A stretch of 64,000 bases of DNA, from NCBI GenBank assembly GCA_963709345.1, contig CAVPVX010000011.1, positions 32,001 through 96,000 on the forward strand, written 5' to 3'. The notes below the pieces were generated by a model. It saw nothing but the letters and a program-made list of their open reading frames with translations. It had not been told where the DNA came from and did not search any database. The stretch comes from an uncultured Actinomycetes bacterium. Its GTDB lineage: Bacteria; Actinomycetota; Thermoleophilia; UBA2241. Shown piece by piece: positions 18,919-29,862 of this stretch (positions are counted from its first letter, which is position 1; every line of letters begins with the position of its first letter). The position numbers and the translations under genes are program-made.

Positions 18919-20097
18919 ATGCGCAAACGAGTCCTGCTCGTTCCCGACGGCATGGCCGACGAGCCGCAGGCCGCGCTCGGCGGGCGCACGCCGCTCGAGG
19001 CGGCGGACACACCCGCCATGGACGGCCTGGCCCGCGGTGGCATCGTCGGTCTCGTGCACACGGTGCCGGACGGCATGGCGCCGGCCAGCGACGTCGCCAA
19101 CCTCGCGCTGCTCGGGTACGACCCGGCCGCCGTGTACAGCGGGCGCAGCCCGCTCGAGGCGGCCAGTATCGGGGTCGACCTCGGCCCCGATGATGTCGCG
19201 TACCGCCTGAACTTCGTCACCATCGCCGGCGGCGTGATGAAGGACAACACCGCCGGTCACATCGACACCGCGGAGGCGCGCCTCTGCGTGGAGGCGCTCG
19301 AGGCCGAGCTCGGCGGCGGACCCTTCGAGTTCCACACCGGGGTCAGCTACCGCCACCTGCTCGTCTGGCGCGGCGGCGCCGTCGTGCCGTGCACGCCGCC
19401 GCACGACATCCTCGAGCAGCCGGTGGCCGGCCAGCTGCCCGGCGTCGCCGCGGGCGTCGCCGCCGACGGCTCCCCCGCAGCGCGCCTGGGCGAGCTTCAG
19501 CGGCGGGCGGACGACGTCCTCGAGCGCGTCCGACCCGGAACGAGCGCCTGGCTCTGGGGCGAGGGCACGGCGCCGCGCATGCCCCGCTTCTCCGACCTGT
19601 ACAGCTTGAGCGGCGCCGTCGTCGGAGCGGTCGACCTCGTGCGTGGGCTGGGCCGTGTGGTCGGGCTCGACGTGGTCGACGTGCCCGGCGCCACCGGCGA
19701 TCTGCGGACCGACTACGGCGCCAAGGCGCGGGCCGTCGTCGCCGCGCTCGAGGACCACGACTTCGTGTGGGTGCACGTGGAGGCGCCGGACGAGGCCGCC
19801 CACATGGGCGATCTGGCCGAGAAGGTCCGCGCCATCACCCGCGTCGACTCCGAGGTGCTGGCGCCGATCCTTCTGGCGCCGACGCGCCCGGCCGTCATGG
19901 TGCTGCCCGATCATCTGACCCCGGTGCGCACGCAGACGCACGCCGTCGGCCCCGTGCCCTTCGTCATCAGCGAGCCGCTACCGGGCAGGGGCGGCGGTGG
20001 CGCCATGGCCTTCGGCGAGTCGCAGGCGTCGCACACCGGCCTCGTGGTGGACGACGGTCCCTCGCTCATGCGGTTGTTTCTCGAGGCGACAGGGTGA
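18919..20097 (+). CDS. apgM: ApgM-type cofactor-independent phosphoglycerate mutase / proposed homoserine kinase
   Basis: DGMAD, TPLEAA, SDVANL, GRSPLEAA, HVEAPDEAAH, PDHLTP, TH. Confidence 0.88.
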   Translation: MRKRVLLVPDGMADEPQAALGGRTPLEAADTPAMDGLARGGIVGLVHTVPDGMAPASDVANLALLGYDPAAVYSGRSPLEAASIGVDLGPDDVAYRLNFVTIAGGVMKDNTAGHIDTAEARLCVEALEAELGGGPFEFHTGVSYRHLLVWRGGAVVPCTPPHDILEQPVAGQLPGVAAGVAADGSPAARLGELQRRADDVLERVRPGTSAWLWGEGTAPRMPRFSDLYSLSGAVVGAVDLVRGLGRVVGLDVVDVPGATGDLRTDYGAKARAVVAALEDHDFVWVHVEAPDEAAHMGDLAEKVRAITRVDSEVLAPILLAPTRPAVMVLPDHLTPVRTQTHAVGPVPFVISEPLPGRGGGGAMAFGESQASHTGLVVDDGPSLMRLFLEATG

Positions 20098-20176
20098 GAT
20101 CTGGGCCGGCGGACGAAATGCCACGGCTCGCCCGCCGCTTCCCGGGCTCTCCCGATCGGAGGAGGTGAGCCGAGTC

Positions 20177-22390
20177 ATGAGCGCGTCCCGAGAGCAGCCC
20201 GAGGGACCGTCGCCGCAGCGTGACCGGCCGGCCGCGGTCGACCCCGTGGCGACGACCAGCGCCGAGCGCTACGTGATGAGCGGCGGCCGCACGTCTCGTC
20301 TCTCCATCAAGGAGGGCGACCTCTTCCTCTACTCCAACGAGCTCGGTCAGATCCCGGGCGCGGAGAATTCTGCTCTCGGGCTCTACTACCGCGACACCCG
20401 GCACCTCAGCCGGCACGAGCTGACGATCGCGGGACGCCAGCCGGTGCTGCTGAGCGCGAGCGCCGAGCGCGGGTACTCGGCCACGATCGAGCTGACCAAC
20501 CTCGAGGCGCGAACCGCGGATGGGCGCACTCTGCCGCAGGCCAGCGTGCACGTCCGGCGCACGCGCTTCGTCTCCGGCCGCGTGTACGAGCGCGTGCGCG
20601 TGCGCAACTACGACCGGCGCGAGGTCGATCTCGTGCTCGACCTGCACTTCGCCGCGGACTTCGCCGATCTCTTCGAGATCCGGGGCACACGCCGGCGCAG
20701 GAGGGGCACGCGGCTGGAGCCCAAGGTAGAAGGCGACTGTCTGTCACTCGCGTACCTGGGCCTGGACGAGGTCGTCCGCAGGACGATCATCCACTTCGAG
20801 GACCCGCCGGACTCGATCAGGCAGGGCAGGGCGCGCTATCGGCTGCGGCTGGCGCCCGGAGCGCGTGTGGTGCTCAGCTACGACATGCGGGTGGTGGGGC
20901 CGGAGGCGCCCGGGGAAGACGTCGTCCCGTTCAACCAGGCTCTCGGCGCCCTGCGGCGCGACCACGAACGCTGGGAGTCCGGGGCCAGCGGCGTCTTCAC
21001 CGACAACGACACGGTCAACCTGGTCCTGAGACGCGGGCAGCAGGACCTGCGCATGCTCTCGACGACCATCGGCGGAGAGCGGATCGCGCTGGCCGGGCTG
21101 CCCTGGTTCATGGCCCCGTTCGGTCGCGAGTTGGCGCTGCTCGGCCTGCAGACCCTGCTGCTCGACGTGCGCTGGGCTCAGGCCGCGGCGGACTTCCTGG
21201 CGCGTCGCCAGGGCACGCACGACAGCGCCTTTCGCGAGGAGCAACCCGGCAAGATCATGCACGAACTGCGGCGCGGCGAGCTCGCCGAGCTCCGCGCCGT
21301 GCCGCACACCCCCTACTACGGCTCCGTCGACGCCACCCCGCTCTGGCTGCTGCTCGTCGCCGAGCTCGCGATGTGGACCGGTGACCTCGACGGGTTCGAG
21401 ATGCGCTCGGCCGCCATCGATGCCGCTCTGGGCTGGATCGACGGCGCCGGCGATCCGGACGGCGACGGCTTCGTCGAGTACGAGCGGCGCTCCCGGCAGG
21501 GGCTGCGCAATCAGGGGTGGCGTGACTCTGCCGACGCCGTGATGCACGCCGACGGGTCGCAGGCGGAGGGGCCGATCGCCCTGGCCGAGACGCAGGGCTA
21601 CGTCTACTACGCCAAGCGCCGCCTCGCCGCCGTCTTCAGCCAGCTCGGCGACGTCGAGCGGGCCGAGCGTCTGTCTCAGGATGCGGCCAGGCTGAAGCGA
21701 TCGTTCAACGAGCAGTTCTGGATGGAGGACGAGGGCTACTTCGCCATGGCTCTCGACGGCCGGAAGCGGCAAGTGCGCACGGTGTGCTCGACGATCGGTC
21801 ACGCCCTCTGGTCGCGGATCGTGGCCGAAGAGCACGTCCCGGCGGTCGTCAAGCGTCTCACCTCGCCGGACATGTTCACCGGGTGGGGTGTCCGCACCGT
21901 GAGCAAGGAGGCGCGCGCCTACAACCCGGTGAGCTTCTACAACGGGAGCGTCTGGCCGGCCGACACGGCGTTGATCGCCAACGGCATGAAGAAGCACGGG
22001 TACGTCCAGGAGTCGAACCGCCTCGCCTGGGGACTGGTCGAGGCGGCGGCTGCGCACGAGTACTCGCGGCTACCGGAGATGTTCTGCGGCTTCACCCGGC
22101 AGGCGATCGACCGGCCGGTCTCGTTCCCCATGGCGTGTTCGCCCGCCGCCAATTCCTCGGCTGCGCTCTTCGTCGTCCTCCAGGCGATGCTCGGCATCTA
22201 CGCGCAGGCCGAGGAGAACATCGTCTACGTGCACAACCCGGTGCTGCCCAAGTGGCTCGGCGAGGTCACGCTCAGCAGCCTGCGCGTCGGACGTACCACC
22301 ATGCGCCTGCGCTTTCGTCGCGAGGGCGGCCAGACGAGCTTCGCGGTGCTCGACAAGCAGGGCCCGGGCCGTATCGTGGTGGTAGAGTGA
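20177..22390 (+). CDS. Amylo-alpha-1,6-glucosidase-like (alpha/alpha)6 glycoside hydrolase
   Basis: GLYYRDTRHLS, DFADLFEIRG, AGLPWF, EQPGKIMHE, YYGSVDATPL, NQGWRDS, YNPVSFYNGSVWP, RLPEMFCG. Confidence 0.85.
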   Translation: MSASREQPEGPSPQRDRPAAVDPVATTSAERYVMSGGRTSRLSIKEGDLFLYSNELGQIPGAENSALGLYYRDTRHLSRHELTIAGRQPVLLSASAERGYSATIELTNLEARTADGRTLPQASVHVRRTRFVSGRVYERVRVRNYDRREVDLVLDLHFAADFADLFEIRGTRRRRRGTRLEPKVEGDCLSLAYLGLDEVVRRTIIHFEDPPDSIRQGRARYRLRLAPGARVVLSYDMRVVGPEAPGEDVVPFNQALGALRRDHERWESGASGVFTDNDTVNLVLRRGQQDLRMLSTTIGGERIALAGLPWFMAPFGRELALLGLQTLLLDVRWAQAAADFLARRQGTHDSAFREEQPGKIMHELRRGELAELRAVPHTPYYGSVDATPLWLLLVAELAMWTGDLDGFEMRSAAIDAALGWIDGAGDPDGDGFVEYERRSRQGLRNQGWRDSADAVMHADGSQAEGPIALAETQGYVYYAKRRLAAVFSQLGDVERAERLSQDAARLKRSFNEQFWMEDEGYFAMALDGRKRQVRTVCSTIGHALWSRIVAEEHVPAVVKRLTSPDMFTGWGVRTVSKEARAYNPVSFYNGSVWPADTALIANGMKKHGYVQESNRLAWGLVEAAAAHEYSRLPEMFCGFTRQAIDRPVSFPMACSPAANSSAALFVVLQAMLGIYAQAEENIVYVHNPVLPKWLGEVTLSSLRVGRTTMRLRFRREGGQTSFAVLDKQGPGRIVVVE

Positions 22391-22425
22391 CCCGGGACTG
22401 AGGCGGTCCGCGGGGGACGCACAGG

Positions 22426-23208
22426 ATGACGCAGCTCACCATCGCCCACATCAGCGATCTGCACGCCGGCTCTCCGTACTTCGTGCCCAGCCTCATGGAC
22501 CGCGTCGTCATCGAGCTCAACGAGCTGGCTCCGGAGATCGTCCTCTGCACTGGCGACCTCACCGAGATGGGCTTCCGCCAGGACTACGTGACCGCCTGCG
22601 AGTATCTGCGGCGGATCGAGGCGCCGCAGGTCGTGATCCCCGGCAACCACGACGCCCGCAACGTCGGGTACGTGCACTTCGAGGAGATGGTCGGGCCGCG
22701 CTGGCAGAACATCCATCTTGACGACCTGACGATCGTCGCCGTCGACTCGACGGAGCCGGATCTCGACCACGGCCAGATCGGCCGGGCGCTCTATGACCGG
22801 CTCAGGGAGGAGTACGCCCGCCCGGCCGCGTTCCGCATCTTCATGCTGCACCACCACCTGCTTCCCGTCCCGGGCACGGGTCGTGAGCGCAACATCGTCT
22901 ACGACGCCGGGGACCTGCTCGAAGTGCTCCAGGAGTGTGGCGTGAACCTGGTGCTCTCGGGGCACAAGCACGTGCCGTACGCGTGGCGTCTCGAGCGCCT
23001 CTTCGTGGTGAACGCCGGGACCTGCAGTTCGCTTCGCCTGCGCGGCAACACGAAGGCCTGCTACAACGTGATCCGCGTGGACGACGACCGCGTGCGGGTG
23101 GTGCGCAAGTACCCGTTCCACGGGGAGGAGACGCTGATCGACTTCGTGCCATCTACGGCCTCCTTCGAGAAGTACATCTGCTCCGTGCCCGAGGAGGAAG
23201 TGCGATAG
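22426..23208 (+). CDS. Calcineurin-like metallophosphoesterase (CpdA/Icc-like)
   Basis: HISDLH, TGDLT, PGNHD, LHHH, SGHKH. Confidence 0.9.
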   Translation: MTQLTIAHISDLHAGSPYFVPSLMDRVVIELNELAPEIVLCTGDLTEMGFRQDYVTACEYLRRIEAPQVVIPGNHDARNVGYVHFEEMVGPRWQNIHLDDLTIVAVDSTEPDLDHGQIGRALYDRLREEYARPAAFRIFMLHHHLLPVPGTGRERNIVYDAGDLLEVLQECGVNLVLSGHKHVPYAWRLERLFVVNAGTCSSLRLRGNTKACYNVIRVDDDRVRVVRKYPFHGEETLIDFVPSTASFEKYICSVPEEEVR

Positions 23209-24653
23209 GCAAGAGCCTGCCGCGCGCCGTCGCTCTCATCGACGGCGAACACTACCCACCGGTCGTGGCCGCCGCGCTGGCAGGCCTGGGCGACAGCTAC
23301 GATGTCGTCGCCGGTCTCTTCGCCGGGGGGCGCGAGAAGCTGCGCGGCGGCGCGACCGCGGGCCCCGGGCTGCCCGCGCTCGCGGCGGAGGTCGGCCTGC
23401 CGAGACTCGACGTCGTCGAACTGCGGTCGGGTGCGGTGCACGAGGCGCTCGACGCGGTGCGCGCGGCCCTGCGCTCGGCGCGCGCCGCCGCGCTCGTGGA
23501 TCTCAGCGACGAGCCGGTCGTCGGGTACCGCGAGCGCTTTCTCCTCATGAGCGCCGCGCTCGCCGAGGGCGCCCGGTACGTGGCCGCAGACACCGAGGTG
23601 CGGCCGCAGGCCTTCGCGCGGCTGGAGGCTATGCCGTCCCTCGCCGTGATCGGCACGGGCAAGCGGGTCGGCAAGACCGCCGTGAGCGGCTGGCTGGCGC
23701 GGCGGCTCGACGCCGCTCGGCGGGCGGACGGCGGCCTCATCGTCGTTGCCATGGGCCGCGGCGGACCGCCGGAGCCGGAGGTGATCGCCGGCGGCGAGGG
23801 GCTTGGCTCCGCCGACCTGCTCGCCGCCTCACGCGCCGGCAGGCACGCGGCGAGCGACTGCTACGAGGACGCCGCGCTCGCCGGTGTCATGGCGATCGGG
23901 TGCCGGCGGTGCGGCGGCGGGCTCGCCGGCGCGCCGTTCGACGACAACGTCCGCGTCGCGCTGCCGCTCGTGGAGTCGAGCGGCGCGGCGCTCGCCGTCA
24001 TCGAGGGCAGCGGCGCGGTCGTGCCGCCGGTGGCCGCCGACGCGACACTCTGCGTGGCCGGCGCCGGCCAGCCGCCGGACTACGTGAGCGGCTATCTTGG
24101 GACGTACCGGCTGCTGCTCAGCGACGTCCTCGTCATCACCCAGTGCGAGCTGCCGTTCGCCGAGCCCGGCGACGTCGAGGCGCTGACCGCCGCGGCCCGA
24201 GCTGTGAACCCCCGGCTCGAGACGATCGCGACGGTGTTCCGGCCGCGGCCGGCGCAGTCCGTCCGCGGGCGCCGGGTGGCCTTCTTCACGACGGCTCCCA
24301 GGGGCGCCGCGCCGACGCTCGAGCGGGCGCTCGCCGAAGAGCACGGAGCGGACGTCGTGCTGGTGTCATGCGACCTCGCCGACCGCGCGCGCCTCACGCT
24401 CGCCGTCGAGCGCGCCGCCGCGGAGGCGGAGGTGTTCCTCACCGAGATCAAGGCGGCGGCCGTCGACGTGGTCGCCGAGGCCGCTGCGACGTTCGGGCGC
24501 GAACTCGTGTTCTGCGACAACGAGCCGGTCGCTCTCGCCGGAGAGCTGGGGCCGGCGGTCGACCGTCTCGCCGCGCTCGCCGCCGAGCGCTTCGCGGCGC
24601 GCCGCGCCGGGCAACCCGTGACCGGCGCGGCCCGGGACGCGCCGGGGCGCTGA
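23205..24653 (+). CDS. cpgS: Cyclic 2,3-diphosphoglycerate synthetase
   Basis: IDGEHYPPVV, GTGKRVGKTAV, MGRGGPPEP, HAASD, GCRRCGGGLAG, EGSGA, TEIKAAAVDVV; start probably non-canonical (ATA 23205). Confidence 0.85.
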   Translation: MGKSLPRAVALIDGEHYPPVVAAALAGLGDSYDVVAGLFAGGREKLRGGATAGPGLPALAAEVGLPRLDVVELRSGAVHEALDAVRAALRSARAAALVDLSDEPVVGYRERFLLMSAALAEGARYVAADTEVRPQAFARLEAMPSLAVIGTGKRVGKTAVSGWLARRLDAARRADGGLIVVAMGRGGPPEPEVIAGGEGLGSADLLAASRAGRHAASDCYEDAALAGVMAIGCRRCGGGLAGAPFDDNVRVALPLVESSGAALAVIEGSGAVVPPVAADATLCVAGAGQPPDYVSGYLGTYRLLLSDVLVITQCELPFAEPGDVEALTAAARAVNPRLETIATVFRPRPAQSVRGRRVAFFTTAPRGAAPTLERALAEEHGADVVLVSCDLADRARLTLAVERAAAEAEVFLTEIKAAAVDVVAEAAATFGRELVFCDNEPVALAGELGPAVDRLAALAAERFAARRAGQPVTGAARDAPGR

Positions 24654-25603
24654 TGGCGACCGACGACCGCGACACCCCGCTCGTCGACGAGGGGGCGTCC
24701 GCGCCGTTCAGCAAGGGTCTCATGGCGCAGACCCTGATGGCCACGGGCCTCGCCCCGGAGCGGGCCTACAACGTGGCCGCCGCCGTGGAGCGGCGTCTGC
24801 AGCGCTGCGGCCCGGCGGCGCTCACCCTCGGCGACCTGCGCGAGATCGCGCTCGAGCAGCTCGGGCCGGCCGAGGGCGACGTCCTCATCGAGCGCTTTCG
24901 CCAGTGGCAGAAGCTCCGCCGTCTGGAGACTCCCCTGATCGTGCTCATCGGCGGCGCAACCGGCGTCGGCAAGAGCACGCTGGCGACCCAGCTGGCTCAC
25001 CGGCTCGGCATCACCCGCGTGATCAGCACGGACATGGTCCGCCAGACGATGCGCGCCTTCTTCGCCCCGGAGCTGATGCCGGCCATCCACACGTCGTCGT
25101 TCGACGCCGCGTCGGCCGTGCGCGTGCCCGTGCCGCGTGAGACCGACCTCAGCAAGATGGGGTTCATCGAGCAGACGAAGGCAGTGTCCGTCGGCATCGA
25201 AGCGCTCATCGCTCGCGGAATCGACGAGGCGCAGCGCCTCGTGGTGGAGGGCGTGCACGTTGTCCCCGGGTACCTTGACCGCTCGCGCTGGGGCGAGGCC
25301 ATCGTCCTCGAGTTGGTGCTCGCCGTCGGCGACAAGGACCGCCACCGCGGCAACTTCACCGTGCGCGAGTGGGAGACGGGGGGCATCCGCCCGTTGCGGC
25401 GTTACATCGAGCACTTCGCCGACATCCGCCGGATCCAGAAGTACATCGTCGGCCGGGCCCGGGCGCTCGGCGTCCCGGTCGTCGACGGGCCGAGTCTCGA
25501 CGCCAACCTCAACGAAGTGCTGGGGACGATCCTGCGGCGCGTGGAGGAAGAGGGGGCCGACTCCGACGCCGGGCCGCCGCCCCTGTGGGATCCTCGGGCT
25601 TGA
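24653..25603 (+). CDS. pgk2: 2-phosphoglycerate kinase
   Basis: PFSKGLMA, LIGGATGVGKST, ISTDMVRQTMR, EGVHVVPG; TGATG overlap with cpgS. Confidence 0.87.
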   Translation: MATDDRDTPLVDEGASAPFSKGLMAQTLMATGLAPERAYNVAAAVERRLQRCGPAALTLGDLREIALEQLGPAEGDVLIERFRQWQKLRRLETPLIVLIGGATGVGKSTLATQLAHRLGITRVISTDMVRQTMRAFFAPELMPAIHTSSFDAASAVRVPVPRETDLSKMGFIEQTKAVSVGIEALIARGIDEAQRLVVEGVHVVPGYLDRSRWGEAIVLELVLAVGDKDRHRGNFTVREWETGGIRPLRRYIEHFADIRRIQKYIVGRARALGVPVVDGPSLDANLNEVLGTILRRVEEEGADSDAGPPPLWDPRA

Positions 25604-25958
25604 GCCGCGGTGCGACCGCCGCGCCCGGCGGCTTCAGTTCCTGAGCGCCCGTCCGATACACTGAGTGCCCCCTTCCGGTCGCGTCGTCGCACGAGTGCTC
25701 TCGCGTCGTGCGTGGCGCAGGGGGTTCCGATCGAGACCCGTGACCCCGCGGGGCGCCTCCGACGCCGGGCCGGGTCCACGCCGTCGGTGGCGACGGCCCA
25801 CGAGAGTACTGGGAATCTCTTGCGCGGTATGACATACTCTGGGACGGAGCCCGCACGGACTCCGCCTTCCATCGCACCATCCACCTCTACTCGTATGGCA
25901 TCTCTCCAGCGCCGTGGCGCACAGCCATGCTGGGCGACGCCGGGAGTCACGGGAGCCC

Positions 25959-27551
<1,593 letters not shown>

Positions 27552-27788
27552 TCACCGTCGGCGGGGCGCTGCGCGACGACCACCGTCGCGGCGTTCGTCG
27601 GGTCCGCGCCGCGCCGGTCATGCCGGGACGGCGCCCGCCCACGTGAGGTCCCGGTCCGGCGCGAGCGCCACGCGCGGCCGCGGGGGGCGATTCGAAGGCG
27701 TGGGGCGGTTCGTGCTATCATGCCGCTTCGGCCCCCGTGCGGGCCACGCCTGCCACCACCGGGTTTTCTCACGAAGGGATCCGTGAAG

Positions 27789-28118
27789 ATGAAGAACGAT
27801 ATCCATCCGCAGTACGAAGAGGCGACCGTGCGCTGCAGCTGCGGCAACACGTTCACGACGCGCAGCACCAAGAAGGAGTTGCACGTAGAGCTCTGCTCGC
27901 AGTGTCACCCGTTCTACACCGGGAAGCAGAAGCTGGTCGACTCCGGCGGTCGCGTCGACCGTTTCAAGCGCCGTCTCGAGAAGAGAGCCGAGCCCGTCGA
28001 GCCGAAGGCCGCCAAGAAGGCGCCCAAGGCCGCCAAGGTCGAGGCGGTCAAGGCCGAGCCCGTCGAGGCTGCGGCCTCCGAAGCCGCGCCCGTCGAGGCT
28101 GACGCCGCCAAGGCCTGA
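27789..28118 (+). CDS. rpmE: 50S ribosomal protein L31 (Cys-containing type) with Ala/Lys/Glu tail
   Basis: [29 protein letters not shown]. Confidence 0.95.
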   Translation: MKNDIHPQYEEATVRCSCGNTFTTRSTKKELHVELCSQCHPFYTGKQKLVDSGGRVDRFKRRLEKRAEPVEPKAAKKAPKAAKVEAVKAEPVEAAASEAAPVEADAAKA

Positions 28119-28130
28119 CGAGGGCGTGCG

Positions 28131-28865
28131 ATGAGCGCCACGCTCCGCGTCACTCTCCTGCAGCACACGCCCGACCCGGATCGCGCCGTCGCGATCGCGG
28201 GTCGGTTGTGCTATGCACCCGTGTCCGCCGCCGATCTCAAGCAGGAGATGAGCGGCGACGACGTGGCCAAGCTGGTCCGCATACTCGTGCGCAGCGGCCA
28301 CCACTCGGCGCTTGAGCACGCCGGCTTCAGCTTTGCCGTGGACGGCGTCAGTCGAGCCTGCACGCACCAACTCGTCCGGCACCGCGTCGCCAGCTACAAC
28401 CAGCAGTCGCAGCGGTACGTCAGCTTCGGGTCGGCCGACAGCTTCGTCGTGCCGCCCAGCGTCGCCGCGGTCCCCGAGGCGGCGGCCGTGTTCGCCAAGG
28501 CCATGGACGACGCGCGCGTCGCCTACGACAAGCTCGTCGAGCTGGGGCTCGCTGAGGGCCGTACCCGTGAGAGCGTCCAGGAGGACGCCCGCTTCGTGCT
28601 CCCGAACGCCGCCGAGACGAAGATCGTCGTCACCATGAACGCGCGCGAGTTGCGCCACTTCTTCCAGGTGCGCTGCTGCAATCGCGCCCAGTGGGAGATC
28701 CGCGACCTCGCCTGGCAGATGCGGGACATGGTCAAGGAGTTGGCCCCGAAGCTGTTCGAGGGCAGCGGCCCCGGGTGTCTGTACGGGGACTGCCCCGAGG
28801 GCAAGATGACCTGCGGCAGGCCGTACCGGCCGGAGGACGTCGACGGACCGGCCGCGTCGCGGTGA
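28131..28865 (+). CDS. thyX: FAD-dependent thymidylate synthase
   Basis: GHHSALEH, RHRVASYNQQSQR, EDARFVLP, AQWEIR. Confidence 0.95.
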   Translation: MSATLRVTLLQHTPDPDRAVAIAGRLCYAPVSAADLKQEMSGDDVAKLVRILVRSGHHSALEHAGFSFAVDGVSRACTHQLVRHRVASYNQQSQRYVSFGSADSFVVPPSVAAVPEAAAVFAKAMDDARVAYDKLVELGLAEGRTRESVQEDARFVLPNAAETKIVVTMNARELRHFFQVRCCNRAQWEIRDLAWQMRDMVKELAPKLFEGSGPGCLYGDCPEGKMTCGRPYRPEDVDGPAASR

Positions 28866-28899
28866 GCGCGAGCTTCCCGGTCCCGCTGAGGACGCCGCG

Positions 28900-29853
28900 A
28901 TGATCGCGCGCCTCCTTCTCGTAGCCCTGGCGTTTCCCGCGCTGGCCGCGAAGCGCGCTCAGATCGGCGGCCAGGCCGTCATCGAGGGCGTGATGATGCG
29001 CGGCGTCGACAACTGGTCGCTCGCCGTGCGCCGCCCCGACGACAGCATCGGCCTGCATCACTGGCCGCTCGAGAGCTGGATGAAGCGGTACCCTGCGCTC
29101 AAACTCCCCGTTCTGCGCGGGGTCGTCGCCCTGGTGGAGTCGCTGGCGATCGGCGTGCGCGCCCTCACGATCTCGGCCAACGAGTCGCTCGGCGAGGAGG
29201 AGAAGGAGCTCAGCAAGAGGGAGATCGGCGTCACGCTGATCATCGCCTTCGGTTTCGCCATCGGCCTCTTCTTCATCGCGCCGCTCTTCCTCACGGGGCT
29301 GCTGCGCGCGCAGCTCGGCGACGGCTTCACCTTCTGGCTCGTCGAGGGCTTCGTACGCGTCGGCATCTTCATCGTCTACCTCGCCATCGTCACGCAGATC
29401 AAGGATCTGCGCCGCGTCTTCGAGTACCACGGCGCGGAGCACATGAGCATCCATGCGCTGGAGCACGGCGAGGAGCTCTCCGTCGCCAACGTCGAGAAGT
29501 ACAAGACCCTGCACCTCCGCTGCGGCACGTCGTTCCTGCTCATCGTCCTCGTCGTCTCGATCTTCGTCTTCGCGATCGTCGGCCGTCCGGACTGGTACCT
29601 GCTGGTCCTCAGCCGGGTCGTGCTCATCCCGCTGATCGCCGGGATCAGCTACGAGATCATCCGCTTCGCCGGCCGCCGCGAGGACAACCGCGTGGTCCGC
29701 GTGATCATGGCCCCGGGCCTGGCGCTGCAATGGATGACCACCAAGCAGCCGGACAGTGCCCAGGTCGAAGTCGCGATAGCCGCGCTCGAGAAGATCATCG
29801 AGCTCGAGCCCCAGGACCGCCCGCCGGTCAAGGGCGTGGAGGTCATGGCGTAA
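28900..29853 (+). CDS. DUF1385 membrane protein
   Basis: IGGQAVIEGVMM, FEYHGAEH, RCGTSF; usual neighbour of prfA/prmC. Confidence 0.9.
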   Translation: MIARLLLVALAFPALAAKRAQIGGQAVIEGVMMRGVDNWSLAVRRPDDSIGLHHWPLESWMKRYPALKLPVLRGVVALVESLAIGVRALTISANESLGEEEKELSKREIGVTLIIAFGFAIGLFFIAPLFLTGLLRAQLGDGFTFWLVEGFVRVGIFIVYLAIVTQIKDLRRVFEYHGAEHMSIHALEHGEELSVANVEKYKTLHLRCGTSFLLIVLVVSIFVFAIVGRPDWYLLVLSRVVLIPLIAGISYEIIRFAGRREDNRVVRVIMAPGLALQWMTTKQPDSAQVEVAIAALEKIIELEPQDRPPVKGVEVMA

Positions 29854-29862
29854 GCTGGGTCC

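Noticed and set aside
27990-28118. Ala/Lys/Glu-rich tail on L31
   Set aside because: Low-complexity tails on ribosomal proteins are common in GC-rich bacteria; no specific signal
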